Of a stretch of 64,000 nucleotides of DNA, positions 12,430 through 23,284 are shown piece by piece (within the stretch, counting starts at the first letter, position 1; the number at the start of each line of letters is the position of its first letter). Made by a program: the position numbers and the translations under genes. The DNA lies in the NCBI GenBank assembly GCA_965649825.1, contig OZ287709.1, positions 1 to 64,000 of the forward strand, in the 5' to 3' direction. A model generated the notes under the pieces. The model made no database searches, was not told the origin of the DNA, and saw only the letters and a program-made list of their open reading frames with translations. The stretch is from Penicillus capitatus (lineage: Eukaryota > Plantae > Chlorophyta).

Positions 12430-15043
12430 TCACACCATATCCACATGCAAAGAATCCAAAACCGCTCGAGAGTCGACCTTTACAAAATCCATGAAGACGG
12501 ATTCGGGACGCTTCAATCCTGATATGCCACAAGACACCGCGTCCTTCTCTGTGACATGTCGATCCAGAGCTGCAGGGAATAAAACGGATCAGGAATACAG
12601 CGGAGGTGATCATTACTGTTGGTGAGAGACGAATCTGTTGGATGGGAAGTACGGTGATGTGATTGGTGGATAGAGGGGGACTCTTCTGGCAACGAAATGA
12701 ATCTGTTATCGGCTTCTAACACCACGATCTCTGTATCTTCGAGTCCATCATCGAACTCTTCTTTGACAACAGGGTCGTCGTCATCATCCGATAACAATGG
12801 TGGATATTCTGAGCTGTGATATCCACCCCACTGGTGTGTGTTCTCTTTTCCAGGCGATTTGTGCCATTCTTCATGTTTAATAGTTACCTTCTGAGACAAC
12901 AGAGATACTTCTTCCTCAAGCATAGGTGAAACTGGAAACTCGTTTCCATGCACAGCGACATATGTCTGCTCTGTTTGTGTGGAAGGAAGGTCGCACTCGG
13001 CAGTGCCATACCCTTTGGATGTCGGATTTCTTTTCAGGTTCTCATCTTGCACACTCTCGTCGATCAACAGGATACTGTCCAAAGAACAGCTCGAGACTCT
13101 GGAACAGGAGCCTGGAAGATCGTCTTCCAGGACGGCAGCATCTACCCTTTTCTTTTTCTTGCTCGGCATTTGGGTCAACCTCCGATGATCTTCACAAAAA
13201 GTGAAATCGCCTGAGCCTCTGCTTCTGCTCATGGCGCCACAAAAATCCTCTTCTCGTTTCTGGTTTTCGTTCTGCTGTAACACCTTCTCGTCTGACAAGA
13301 GCTGACGAGCAGTGACCATCTTTCCATTGTTCAAGAGTGGGCTCTTTCGCTGTATTTGGACAAACTCTTGTTGATGTTGCTGCTGCTGATGGTAATACTT
13401 CTCGTTCCTTTCGAGGCACAACCGCTTTTTCCAGGATGACATCGGCATCTCCGATTGATGCGGAGTGTTCGCTGTGGCTGCCATTGGATGATTGGTTTTT
13501 GCTCTTCTCACCTAGAAACCGCCAAGAACATCAAAGAAGTCCCATCATTGCCAAGTAGGCATACATTGCTTGCGGTGTGCTTTGCCACCATTCGGTTCAT
13601 TTGGCTTCGTTGCGTTTTCTTGAGCGGAATGTTTCGCGTTTTTGATGAAGGCTTTCTGCCTCGAAGAAGCTTTGTGAAAATGGTTCCCTTTCTTCGTGAA
13701 CTCCTATATTGTATGGCACGGTTTTTTGTCATCTGTTTCTTGGGGCCTTTGGAATTCGATATCACATGGATGTCCACATCCAGATCCTCATCCGAAGAAA
13801 CAGTATCCTGGTTTCCTGTTCTCCGGACGACTGTCAGATCCATTTCACTCCTTGTATCCACTTGTCCATTCGAACATCCCTCCGCCATCTCGACAACATC
13901 TGCTTGTCCCATCACCTTCTCTTCTGCAGTAGACGACAGAGAAGGACAGTCGATGGAGTGTGTTTCGTGGTGCTCTTCTTTAGTCTCGAGGCAGGAACTG
14001 AGATCCTTCCATTTATCGCGAAACGCTGTGAAAACAGATAGCGCGGGTTTCGACAGAATCCAGATGAACTTGGCATAGGATTGCACTTTGCAAAGAAACC
14101 TTGAGATCCACTGGCCATTGCTTGAGGGAATCTGAGATATCGACATCTCCAAAAACCGATAGATCCGACAGATCCGTCTCCGCAACGCCATTCATTGCAA
14201 TATCTTCTGTCTCTTCTCCAAAATTCGACAGTCTGAGAACGTCACTTCTTCCCGCAAATAGCCTGATCCACCAAACACATGTATTTTCTATGATCTTCTG
14301 AAGATAAACCTCTGGCCAAATTCTTCATAAGCTTCGAGACTGTTGCCATCTCCCATCCGTTCTTTAGCCGGATCGAGCAAAGTCACATCATAGTCCGACA
14401 GCGACAGGTTTAACAGAAACGCATCCATCTGTAAGATTATCAAGTTTGAATCGGACATTTGAAAAGAGTGAGAGAGATCACACTTTCTTGCATATGGGCC
14501 CTACGTCACCATCATTGCACCGTTCGTAAACGCCGTCTTCCACGAACTTCGAGAGGAACTGTTCAATCTTGTCTATCTCTTCGTCCTTCTTTTCTTGAAC
14601 GTTGGGTCGTTTCTTCGCGGCATCTCTTTTCGGACGACCCCTTGTGGCACCTCCATCACAACCGTAGCGCTGCATGATCACTTCAAGGTCCTTTTCGACA
14701 CATTGCCGTATCGCCCTTAACAACTGCCACGACCACTGATCTGACAAAAGAGTGAGAATGTACATACCTCGACACACACAGTGCCATGTGTTGTGGCATC
14801 TTCCACGTCATTCGTGAACGGTGAGACCTAAATGGAGAGAGACGTCTTTGGGATCAGATACCAACATCGTGAGGGAACCTCTGAGAACGATGCCTGGGCG
14901 AATCTTAAATACTTTGCGTCGAATGGGTTCTTTCGATGGCGCCTACGTTCGACATCTTCCAACACTTCTTCCGCCAGTTCGCTCATCGTCGATGCCTCGC
15001 GTGACATGTTCACAAAGATCATCCGTTGATAAGACGTCGGCAT
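12430..15043 (-). CDS. Uncharacterized multi-exon protein with long low-complexity C-terminal half
   Basis: ORFs 14828..15043, 14478..14777, 13508..14191 and 12513..13511 can be joined by GT-AG introns (e.g. 13512-13564). The terminal exon ends at TGA 12430. Exons around 14200-14450 are unresolved and I recognised no family. Confidence 0.55.
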
Positions 15044-15089
15044 CGAAAGCGGTCTGCGATGGGACGTCTATCTCCCCGGCGCACCCTTG

Positions 15090-15727
15090 ATGGAGAGATC
15101 GGACAGTGCACGTCTGCGCTCGCTTCTGGTAACGTACCCTATTGAAGATCACGATATTTATGGAATACGTGCCGTCGTGCCACGTGCTGTCCCACTTGAT
15201 CCGCCCTTTACCCCGTCAACGCTCGCTTACTCTGTCCAAGTACAGTCACATCACCTGCTTCATTCCAGTGTCTCTTACTGGAGCCTTAGGTTCCCTCTGA
15301 TGTTCAGAAGGTATGTTTCGAAACGCCACATTCGCCGCAAACAAATGTGGATATCCGGGGCAACACAGACCTGCAATATGGTGTGACATGACGTTTCTGA
15401 AATGTGTGAGATAATGAGTGGGGATTAGGGAACAATATCGTGCGACTGATTTTGACAAATATACAGACGGGAGAGTGTGTGGCCTACAATGTGACGGTAG
15501 AAAGAATGAGAGAAGGGAATTTCTTGCTTCGTTGTGCCAAATTCAGTGCAGTGACCTCTGTTGTGGTCGTGGGAACGGCCTATATCCTTCACAGAATCAC
15601 ACAGACGAACACACTGTCGGAGGAGACAGAAGACACAAAGGAGGAGAAGCCATATAAGAATGGAGGGCGATCATGGCGGCGGAGGATTGGCTGTTTTCTC
15701 GAAGACCTTATTTCTCCCTTACTGTAG
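15090..15727 (+). CDS. Small membrane protein with cadherin-like beta-sandwich domain
   Basis: Introns 15240-15289 and 15381-15428 join LRSLLV...LDPPFTPSTLAYSVQVPSDVQKV...VDIRGNTDLQYGNNIVRLILTN...YNVTVER (PF12733-like pattern), followed by a hydrophobic helix AVTSVVVVGTAYIL. Confidence 0.65.
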
Positions 15728-17126
15728 AGATCGCTGCTTTTCAATATGAAATGCTGTTTTCGTTCCTTTGCTATTGAGGATGACTGCTGTCATGATGCAA
15801 ATGGACAGAGGCTGGAGAGCTGCCATCTGTCAAGCCTGGAACAATGGGCGAGGATTGCGCTCAATGCATCTGCATCTGTCTGTTTGCCTCTTCTGACATC
15901 ATCTGCTGCAGTTTCCTTTTCTCATAGGTGACCCCAACAGCCTGTTTCTGTCTGGGTTTTTGAGATCGCCGTCATCGAGCTAAATAGATATTGCTGAAAG
16001 AGTGATGATTTGTTCTAACGTCATGCTTCGATCGGCAACATCGCCCATTTCTGGCTCTCATCATTCGAAGGGCCTCCGTGTCCATAACTGGGGATTTGAC
16101 GTCAGACGAATGAACGATAGACTCATGTGTGGGGAAAGAAGTTTGGTTGTCCTTTTATTTTGTTTCATTGAAGTTCACTTGAGAAGATCTGAAAAATGCG
16201 TTACTGTGAACGACACCGCTAATCTTCTGTAGAGTGAAGGATCCAGAAGTGCTCTCTTGTGCATATGTGATTTTGGATAGAAAAGTAGCTGAGAATCCTG
16301 CTTCGTTGTTGATCCTTCGTCAATATCGATGTCGATTCAGCACTTGATCTTCTTGCTATCTATTGACATGATCGTCCGTACTCAAGTGCCACACCGAGTA
16401 AACCATTCCTTTTATATTTACTATCCTGTCGTCGATTGTCATGGGGACGATTCACAAACAATGTACAGATTTGTTCGCACAAGTTGAGAAGATGTACGTG
16501 TGAGAAACCAATAGAATCCGATTTGCAGCAATCGATTTATGAAATAGAGATAGAGAATGTGCCGACTGGTCGACCAGAAAGCTTCGATTGAGAGGCCTTC
16601 ATCTGAGAACTAAGGAACAATGGACGGGGAGAACACATCAGGATGTGACTGACGCACAAGGATGGAGGCTTTTTCGGAGATCAGTGCCAGGGAGACGAGC
16701 ACGCATCCATGTGGCAATCGACCCGCCGTTCTGAAGAGTTGGGCCAAGTGGCCCATGCGCATGGCAACAGTGTGAGATGCCATGGAGAGAAAGAGTATGG
16801 CAGAAATGACCATGAACATCAAGTGCACTCTACACACAGAGCAAGCAGCGTTGTCTGATCAGATCCTTCAAAATAACCACAGTATACGTCAAAACAGTCA
16901 GATTCCCAGCGAAGGATCGTTGAGGAGGAGTATCGAAGTAAGCCGTGAAGATGATGTGACACACCATCCATCCCATCAGAGCACATGCATGTCTGCAAAG
17001 CGTTCTTTCTAGTCTGCGGTCGTTCAGAGACATTTCAAGGAGGAGACTGGCGATCGATGGCGAAGTCAAACAGGCCATTCATTATCAGACAATGTCAATC
17101 CATCATCATCATGAAGGATGACATGC

Positions 17127-17917
17127 TTAATCTGCATGTCCCATCGATTTCTTTAAAGCAATCAAACGCTCTTTCACATCGTCAGGGATCTCATCTTCAT
17201 CTACGCCTACAGCTGGAGGCACCTTCTCGACAGTTTCTTCGGGATTCTTCTCGACCAGTTGCCCCTCTCCTTTCGTCTCATCCAATCTCGGTCGTTTGGC
17301 ATCGTGCTCTTCTTCTTTCTTCTCTTGTTCGTGTGTTTGGCTCCACATGGTTCGATTGTCTTTAGCCTCTGCCTCTTCATCTTCTAGAGGGGTATTCCAC
17401 CAAATGGGCCCACCAAATCGTCCATCTCCAGACGCACATGAGATGCACCCTGTCTGGATATCAGGAGTGATGCGTTGCTGCGGCGCACGTTTCCTCAAAG
17501 GAACGCGACAGTGTGAGGTGGTGCCAAAATTGTGATTGCCTTTCTGAATCGCCAACATGGAACAGAGAATTTCATACCCTGGCTTGCGCCACTTCGACAA
17601 CAGAGCCCCATCGGCGATCTTCTCTCGCACCAAGTAGTCAAACTGCAGAACATCGATATCTCTCTCCGCATACCCTTCGCCACAGAGCTTACCAGTTCTT
17701 TGGACATGACCTTTCTCTGGTACATGAGGTCATAGATGAATCGATTCTTCTCCCAGTGAATCCTGTGAATCTTGTAAGTCAGTTCTGCCCGTCGTTTGCC
17801 TTCGTGTTCTTCGTTGACGGCTTCTTTCATTTGATTCTCAAAATCTTCGATGACGTCTTCGATTAGGTCCCATCCTTCCGGCGGCTTCTTGTTTTTCAGA
17901 CGACGACGGAACGACAT
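17127..17917 (-). CDS. BUD31: BUD31/G10 spliceosomal protein with acidic C-terminal extension
   Basis: KKPPEGWDLIE...HEGKR...RFIYDL...KWRKPGYEILC...NFGTTSHCRVP, with one intron. Confidence 0.92.
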
Positions 17918-18397
17918 GGAAAAGGGTCAGCGACGGAGGGCACAGTCGGCTAGTTTCGATGGAAGGCAACAAAGGGGTGTTGCTCGATGAACAACGTTCT
18001 GGCTGTCAAGTCGAAATAGAAACGTCACGTCACGCTTGTTGTTAAGTACAAGCCGTCAACAGTGTGACCCGTTCGATCTTACGCTCTATACTTTCGGGAT
18101 GTCACTCGACTTCGTTATCTCCACGACGTCATATTTGATAGTGGATGTTCTTTTTATGTGCAGAAGAGACATGCATTTGTCGGATTCAGAGTATCGAATC
18201 GATAAAGATCGCTTTAGTGGCAGGTAAAGATGTTGTTGAAGCTTATGGAAACGTTTTAGGAATCAGCACCATAACAATCATGCTCGTTTCATTCCTATCA
18301 TGCGACTGCTGCCTGTGTTCTGCAAGGAACGAACGGCATGCATCTCATTCGAATCCTTCCCAACGTCATTGGAATCAACATCTAGCAAATGCTTATG

Positions 18398-19559
18398 TCA
18401 TTTCTTCTCCCTAGAAGCTTTCTCCTCGATACCAGATTTGCCAAACCGTTCTCTCAGAACTCGGAGAACGTCTTCAAAATGCACCCCCTAAATCCATAAG
18501 TCTGCGATTACAGAACAACACTGCGTATCCTCCTGTCACCTGCTTGTTCAGCAAGACTAGACAATGATAGATAAGATCTGCCATCTCCTCTGCTGTACGT
18601 CGTGATCCTTCCTTATTCATAAAAGCATCGCAGAGTTCATGCGTTTCTTCAATCACTTTACTGCAGAGCAGATTTGAGTCTTCTAACAACTTGGCCGTCC
18701 ACGACATGTTGTTCCCATCTGATGCCGCAGCTGCATATGGGCGGAGAACAGAGAGTGGGTCACCTGGCATCTCTGCAGCTTCTTGCCGGCGCCGTTCGAT
18801 CGTGTCTTCCAGTTTGTACAACGTCGTCTGCGGAGCGTGTTCCGACGACTTCGGACTGATCATCTTTACTGCCTTTTTCTTTTTGGCCTTCAGTTTCACT
18901 TCCTCAAAGAAACACGTCCGGGCGCCTGTGTGACAGCTTGGCCCGATCGGATCACCTAGATCACCACCACAAGATATTCAACCAGCCCTCCGTCATGTTG
19001 CACAATCAGTACCCAGATAGATAATGGAGTCGCGATCACAATCTACATGGATGTTGCTAACATGGATGTAGTTGCCCGATGTCTCTCCCTTGCACCACCT
19101 GTCTTCTCGGGAGCGACTGTAGAACGTGGCGAGGCTACACGACCATTCATCGCCGTCTGGTGAAGGACAGAGATGATGAATGAAGACTTGGTTTGCAGCG
19201 TCTCTGAAATAGCGGATCGATCTGCATAGGCTTGCATAAGAATTTCACCCGTGTCAACGTGCTTCAGACAGATACCAATTTCTGGCGATCCTTTGAGGTC
19301 GGGTACCTGCCTGAACAATGACTGGAACCAAATTTTGGCCCTTGGAGAATTTGACACTGTCCAAGATCTCAGTGAGTCCCGCAAACATATCTTCATCGCG
19401 TACTGGCACTGCTGTCAGTGTATCCTGCTTTTTCGCTCTCAAGGGAGCAACACGTCTTGCCAATTGACGGCCCGTGAGATGCAGGGGTCGTAAAGGGTGA
19501 GAAGGCCTTAAGGGAAACCGCCCCAGTTGCCATCGGCAGCGTACGGCTGAGCGATGCAT
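18398..19559 (-). CDS. HISN2: Bifunctional phosphoribosyl-AMP cyclohydrolase / phosphoribosyl-ATP pyrophosphatase, transit-peptide-like N-terminus
   Basis: LVPVIVQHVDTGEILMQAYA, KGETSGN, DCDRDS, GPSCHTG and KVIEE...EEMADLIYHCLVLL motifs. Confidence 0.93.
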
Positions 19560-19592
19560 GATTTATTCGAACGCTCGCCTTTTATACAACAG

Positions 19593-20412
19593 ATGTCGTA
19601 CGGTTAGATGGAAAAGCCGTCTCTGATTCCGACACACCTTCCCCATTATTCCTAGTGTTGGCGACGAGACTAAGGTCGAGACTCCCAGTTTCAGAAACTG
19701 TCCCTGTTTAACATGATCGACGGCCTCGTTGTTGCTACTGTTCGAAGATTGGATGAGCAGAGAGTCTTGTATGAGCCGACACCACGAAAGATGTGGCAGG
19801 ATGCTCGTGTTCCGATTTCTGTTATGACGTTGTGTACCCAGAAAGTGCATCTTTACATGGGTGGAAAGCAGGGCAGCCGAATAGAACGATGCTTTTCTGT
19901 GTTGCATTTGCCATTCCAACTGATAGTTCTCATGTTTTTTCAAAAAGGCGTCACGAAGTGACAGCGGAAAAGACAGAGCAGATGCTGAAGTAGATTAGAA
20001 AAGTTTCCCGCAGGACATTCCTGGACGGTAAGCAAGATGTATCGGCAAAACAACACCTCTCGAATCACGCTCTAATCTAGCACATCCCCGTCAACAGTGT
20101 CACTGTCAGGAAGGGAGAAGAACTGATGGAGAAGGTCACAACATGACATGAAGCATGAGGCCATCATAACACCATGACATGAAGCATGAGGCCATCATAA
20201 CACCATGACATGAAGCATGAGGCCATCATAACGTCATGCAGAAAAACACTATAAAAAGGGGGTTATCAAACACTCATCATCCTTTTGAAAACGAACGTCT
20301 GTCTGTTTTAACACTTCGATATTTGCGCGTATCAACAGCATTTCTGAACGGTGCATTCAGGAAGACAGATGTTAAATCTCCAGCGGTGTTGTTTCTCTGC
20401 AGACAGACATAA
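19593..20412 (+). CDS. Candidate small multi-exon gene of unknown function
   Basis: A phase-consistent chain of GT-AG introns gives MSYVLATRLRLDEQRVLYEPTPRKMWQD...KKFPAGHSWTHIPVNSVTVRKGEELMEKKNTIKRG. I recognised no homology, and the model rests on splice signals only. Confidence 0.3.
20142..20232. repeat. Tandem repeat, 31-bp period x3
   Basis: CATGACATGAAGCATGAGGCCATCATAAC at 20142, 20173 and 20204, separated by AC. Confidence 0.95.
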
Positions 20413-20554
20413 CTTACCACCGAACTGTGATGTGAAATAGTAAGGACACTTCACAGATCGAGTTCGATTCCACTCCTCAACAAATAAATACAAGCGAACA
20501 ATGATAGAATCTATACATCAAGCGTGGACGCAGTTTCTGAAATCAAAAGAGAAT

Positions 20555-21736
20555 TCAATAGCAGAGATCTGTCATGACAGGCCGCCGTATGCCTTCTTTG
20601 ATTTGTCTTTTCTTCTTCTGCTCTCCTTCCCAACGTCTCTTGATGCGTTTCTTTTGCTTGTTTGTCCGTGGACCAATCGATCTCCAGTAAGCATGTTTCA
20701 TGCGATCGTACAGGTCGAAGTCCTTGAGGAATGCCAGACGTCTCAGATAGGCAATGTACTCCATCAGGTCTTCTGCGTTCCAAGCATCACTCTCACTGAT
20801 GTGACCCAACCGGATCCGACGCGAATGACGCACATGAGCACCACAATTCAACCGTTCACCGATCTCATGGATTAAGCAGTTGATCGAGAGCTTCGTGTGA
20901 CAAACAACACGAAAATCAAAATCACAGCGAACGTATCTGTCTCTTTTCACTTCAAAAGATGTGACATTCAGTGGACGTGCATGTCTGCGCACGGCACACG
21001 GTTGATCATGCACGAAAACAGAAACATAAGGAGATTCCCACTTGTCTGGCCATGAAATCTGTCGTAGATGGCACAGTTCATGTTTCTGTGCTGCCTTTGG
21101 CAAGAAGGTACATGGCGATAGGTGATGGGTCTGTCTCTCCATTCGTTGCACTTCTGCCTGCACCTGTCCATCTGGCACACGCCCAAGAAATGATGTGACA
21201 CTGAACATCTATAATGACAGACCTGTGAGATGCTCCCAGGGACGTGACAAAGTGACAGGCGACAGCGTATCATATGTCTGGGTAGTATGACCCAGACGCA
21301 ATGCCCCAACATATTCATGCTCCAATCGAGCAATCTTCGTCAAGTGCTTTGTGGCATTGCCAAACAGCAGGAGGACGATCCCAGATGCCATGACATCAAG
21401 TATGCCTGCATGGCCAATGCGATAGTGACGGGCTCCCATGGCATGACGGGCCTGATTGATCAGATCAAAGGTCAGACTGGCGACCGGTTTGTCCACGGCG
21501 ACAAGACAATTCTGGAGAACAGATAAGTCTATGTTGCCCTTCTGGGAGGGGGTCAAGAGAAGGGGATCTTCAGGAACAGGCTGGACAGGACGAAGACGAC
21601 GTGAAAACGAACAGGTCGCCTCACCGAAGTCATCACTGACATCTGTATCGAAGGCGAATTCGCTGCATCGACGCAGGGAACGAAACAGAAAAGGCAAAAC
21701 GCCACGCGATGTGGAGAGTCTTGTCAAAACTGCCAT
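20555..21736 (-). CDS. truB: TruB-family pseudouridine synthase-like protein, divergent, organelle-targeting-like N-terminus
   Basis: VDKP, GHAGILDVMASG, YVGALRLGHTTQTYDT and FRVVC...LIHEIGERLNCGAH motifs, with one intron near 21160-21215. Confidence 0.8.
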
Positions 21737-21850
21737 TAAACAATGGAAGGCTCCATCACAGTTCCAACCAACGAATAAACAGCACGCGATCGCGTTCTCA
21801 GACCTGCCTGCCTGCCTAATGGTTCAGATATTGATGGTGGTCCCACCAAG

Positions 21851-23213
21851 TCATAGACGTTTTGGTGAAGATTTTAAGGTTCTTTCGATGTGGCCCTTGT
21901 AGAACTGACGTGGACGTGTGATGCGAGGGGTGGCCTCTTCAGCCATTTCCATCCACTGAGACATCCAGCCAACGGTGCGCGCCACGGCAAACAAGACAGT
22001 AAACATAGAGATGGGAATGCCGATGGCACGCAAGACAATACCGGAATAGAAATCGAGATTGGGGTAAAGATGCCGTTTGATGAAGTAAGGATCTTCGAGG
22101 GCGACCCTCTCTAACTCCAATGCCACCTGCAGATCATCAACGCTACATACTCAATTCATACATAAGACAGACACCGACCTGCAGAATGGGATCGTCCCCA
22201 TGACCCTTGTGTTCCAGAACCTGATGACAGAGCTTCTTGAGCACGACCGATCGTGGATCGTGGGTCTTGTAGACTCTGTGTCCGAATCCCATCAATCTGA
22301 ACGGATCTTTCTTGTCCTTGGCTCTCTCGATCACTTTTGGAATATTCTCTACCGTTCCAATATCCATCAGCATTCTGAGAACGGCTTCATTGGCGCCTCC
22401 ATGGGCTGGACCCCACAAAGCAGCGATGCCGGAGGCGATGCAGGCGTAGGGGTTGGCTTGACTGGAACCAGCAGTGCGGACGGTCGAGGTAGAGGCATTC
22501 TGTTCGTGATCCATGTGCAGGATAAAAATGATCTCCAGTGCTCGGGCCAGAAAGGGATCGACCTTGTATTCCCCACATGGCGTCGCAAACATCATGTGCA
22601 GCAGATTCTCCACGTATGAGAGGTCATTGCGAGGATACATAATAGGCTGGCCAATGGCCGTCTTGTAGGCAATGGAGGCAATGGTTGGCATCTTGGCAAT
22701 AAGACGGAGTGCTGTTGTGCGTCGCTCTGCTGGATCTTTAAGATCAACGCCGTCGTGATAGAAAGCGGACAAAGCACCAACGACGCCAACAAGGATGGCC
22801 ATTGGATGGGCATCATGCTTGAATCCCTTGTAGAAATGAATGAGCTGCTCATGCAATAGACTGTATTTTCTCAAAGCATTCTCAAATTCGTCTCGCTCCT
22901 TGTCACTGGGCAGTTCTCCAAAAAGCAACAGCGCGGCGCATTCTGAGAAGTGCCTTGTTTCGGCAAGGACTCCCAGTTCATATCCTCTGTACCTCAAGAC
23001 ACCTTTGGTGCCATCTGTGAAGGTAATGGAGGATTGGCAACTCGCTGTCGAAGTGAACCCCGGGTCATATGTACAGACGCCAGTGTCGGGGTGTAGTCTG
23101 CGAATATCGACAAAACCATTTCCAGCAGCGTCTGTGAGGTAGGGTAATTCGATGGTACGCCCATGCGGCAGTATCAGTTTCGCCGAACCTGTCGGGACGG
23201 GTTCACTCGACAT
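21851..23213 (-). CDS. CS: Citrate synthase (GltA/peroxisomal-type)
   Basis: [49 protein letters not shown] and [10 protein letters not shown] motifs, with one intron near the 3' end. Confidence 0.96.
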
Positions 23214-23284
23214 GTTTGTGTCGTCAAGTGTATAAAAACGTCTCTGCAGGTGAACTGTACGTCCCTTCACCCAATCGCCTCTGG

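Noticed and set aside
16610-16837. Hydrophobic small ORF resembling a secreted peptide
   Set aside because: No consistent exon chain or homology, and it could be BUD31 3' UTR.
20249-20408. TATA-like box and GTCTGTCTG/CAGACAGAC inverted repeat suggesting an ncRNA
   Set aside because: The stem is short and low-complexity, there is no snRNA or tRNA similarity, and a candidate exon explains it equally well.
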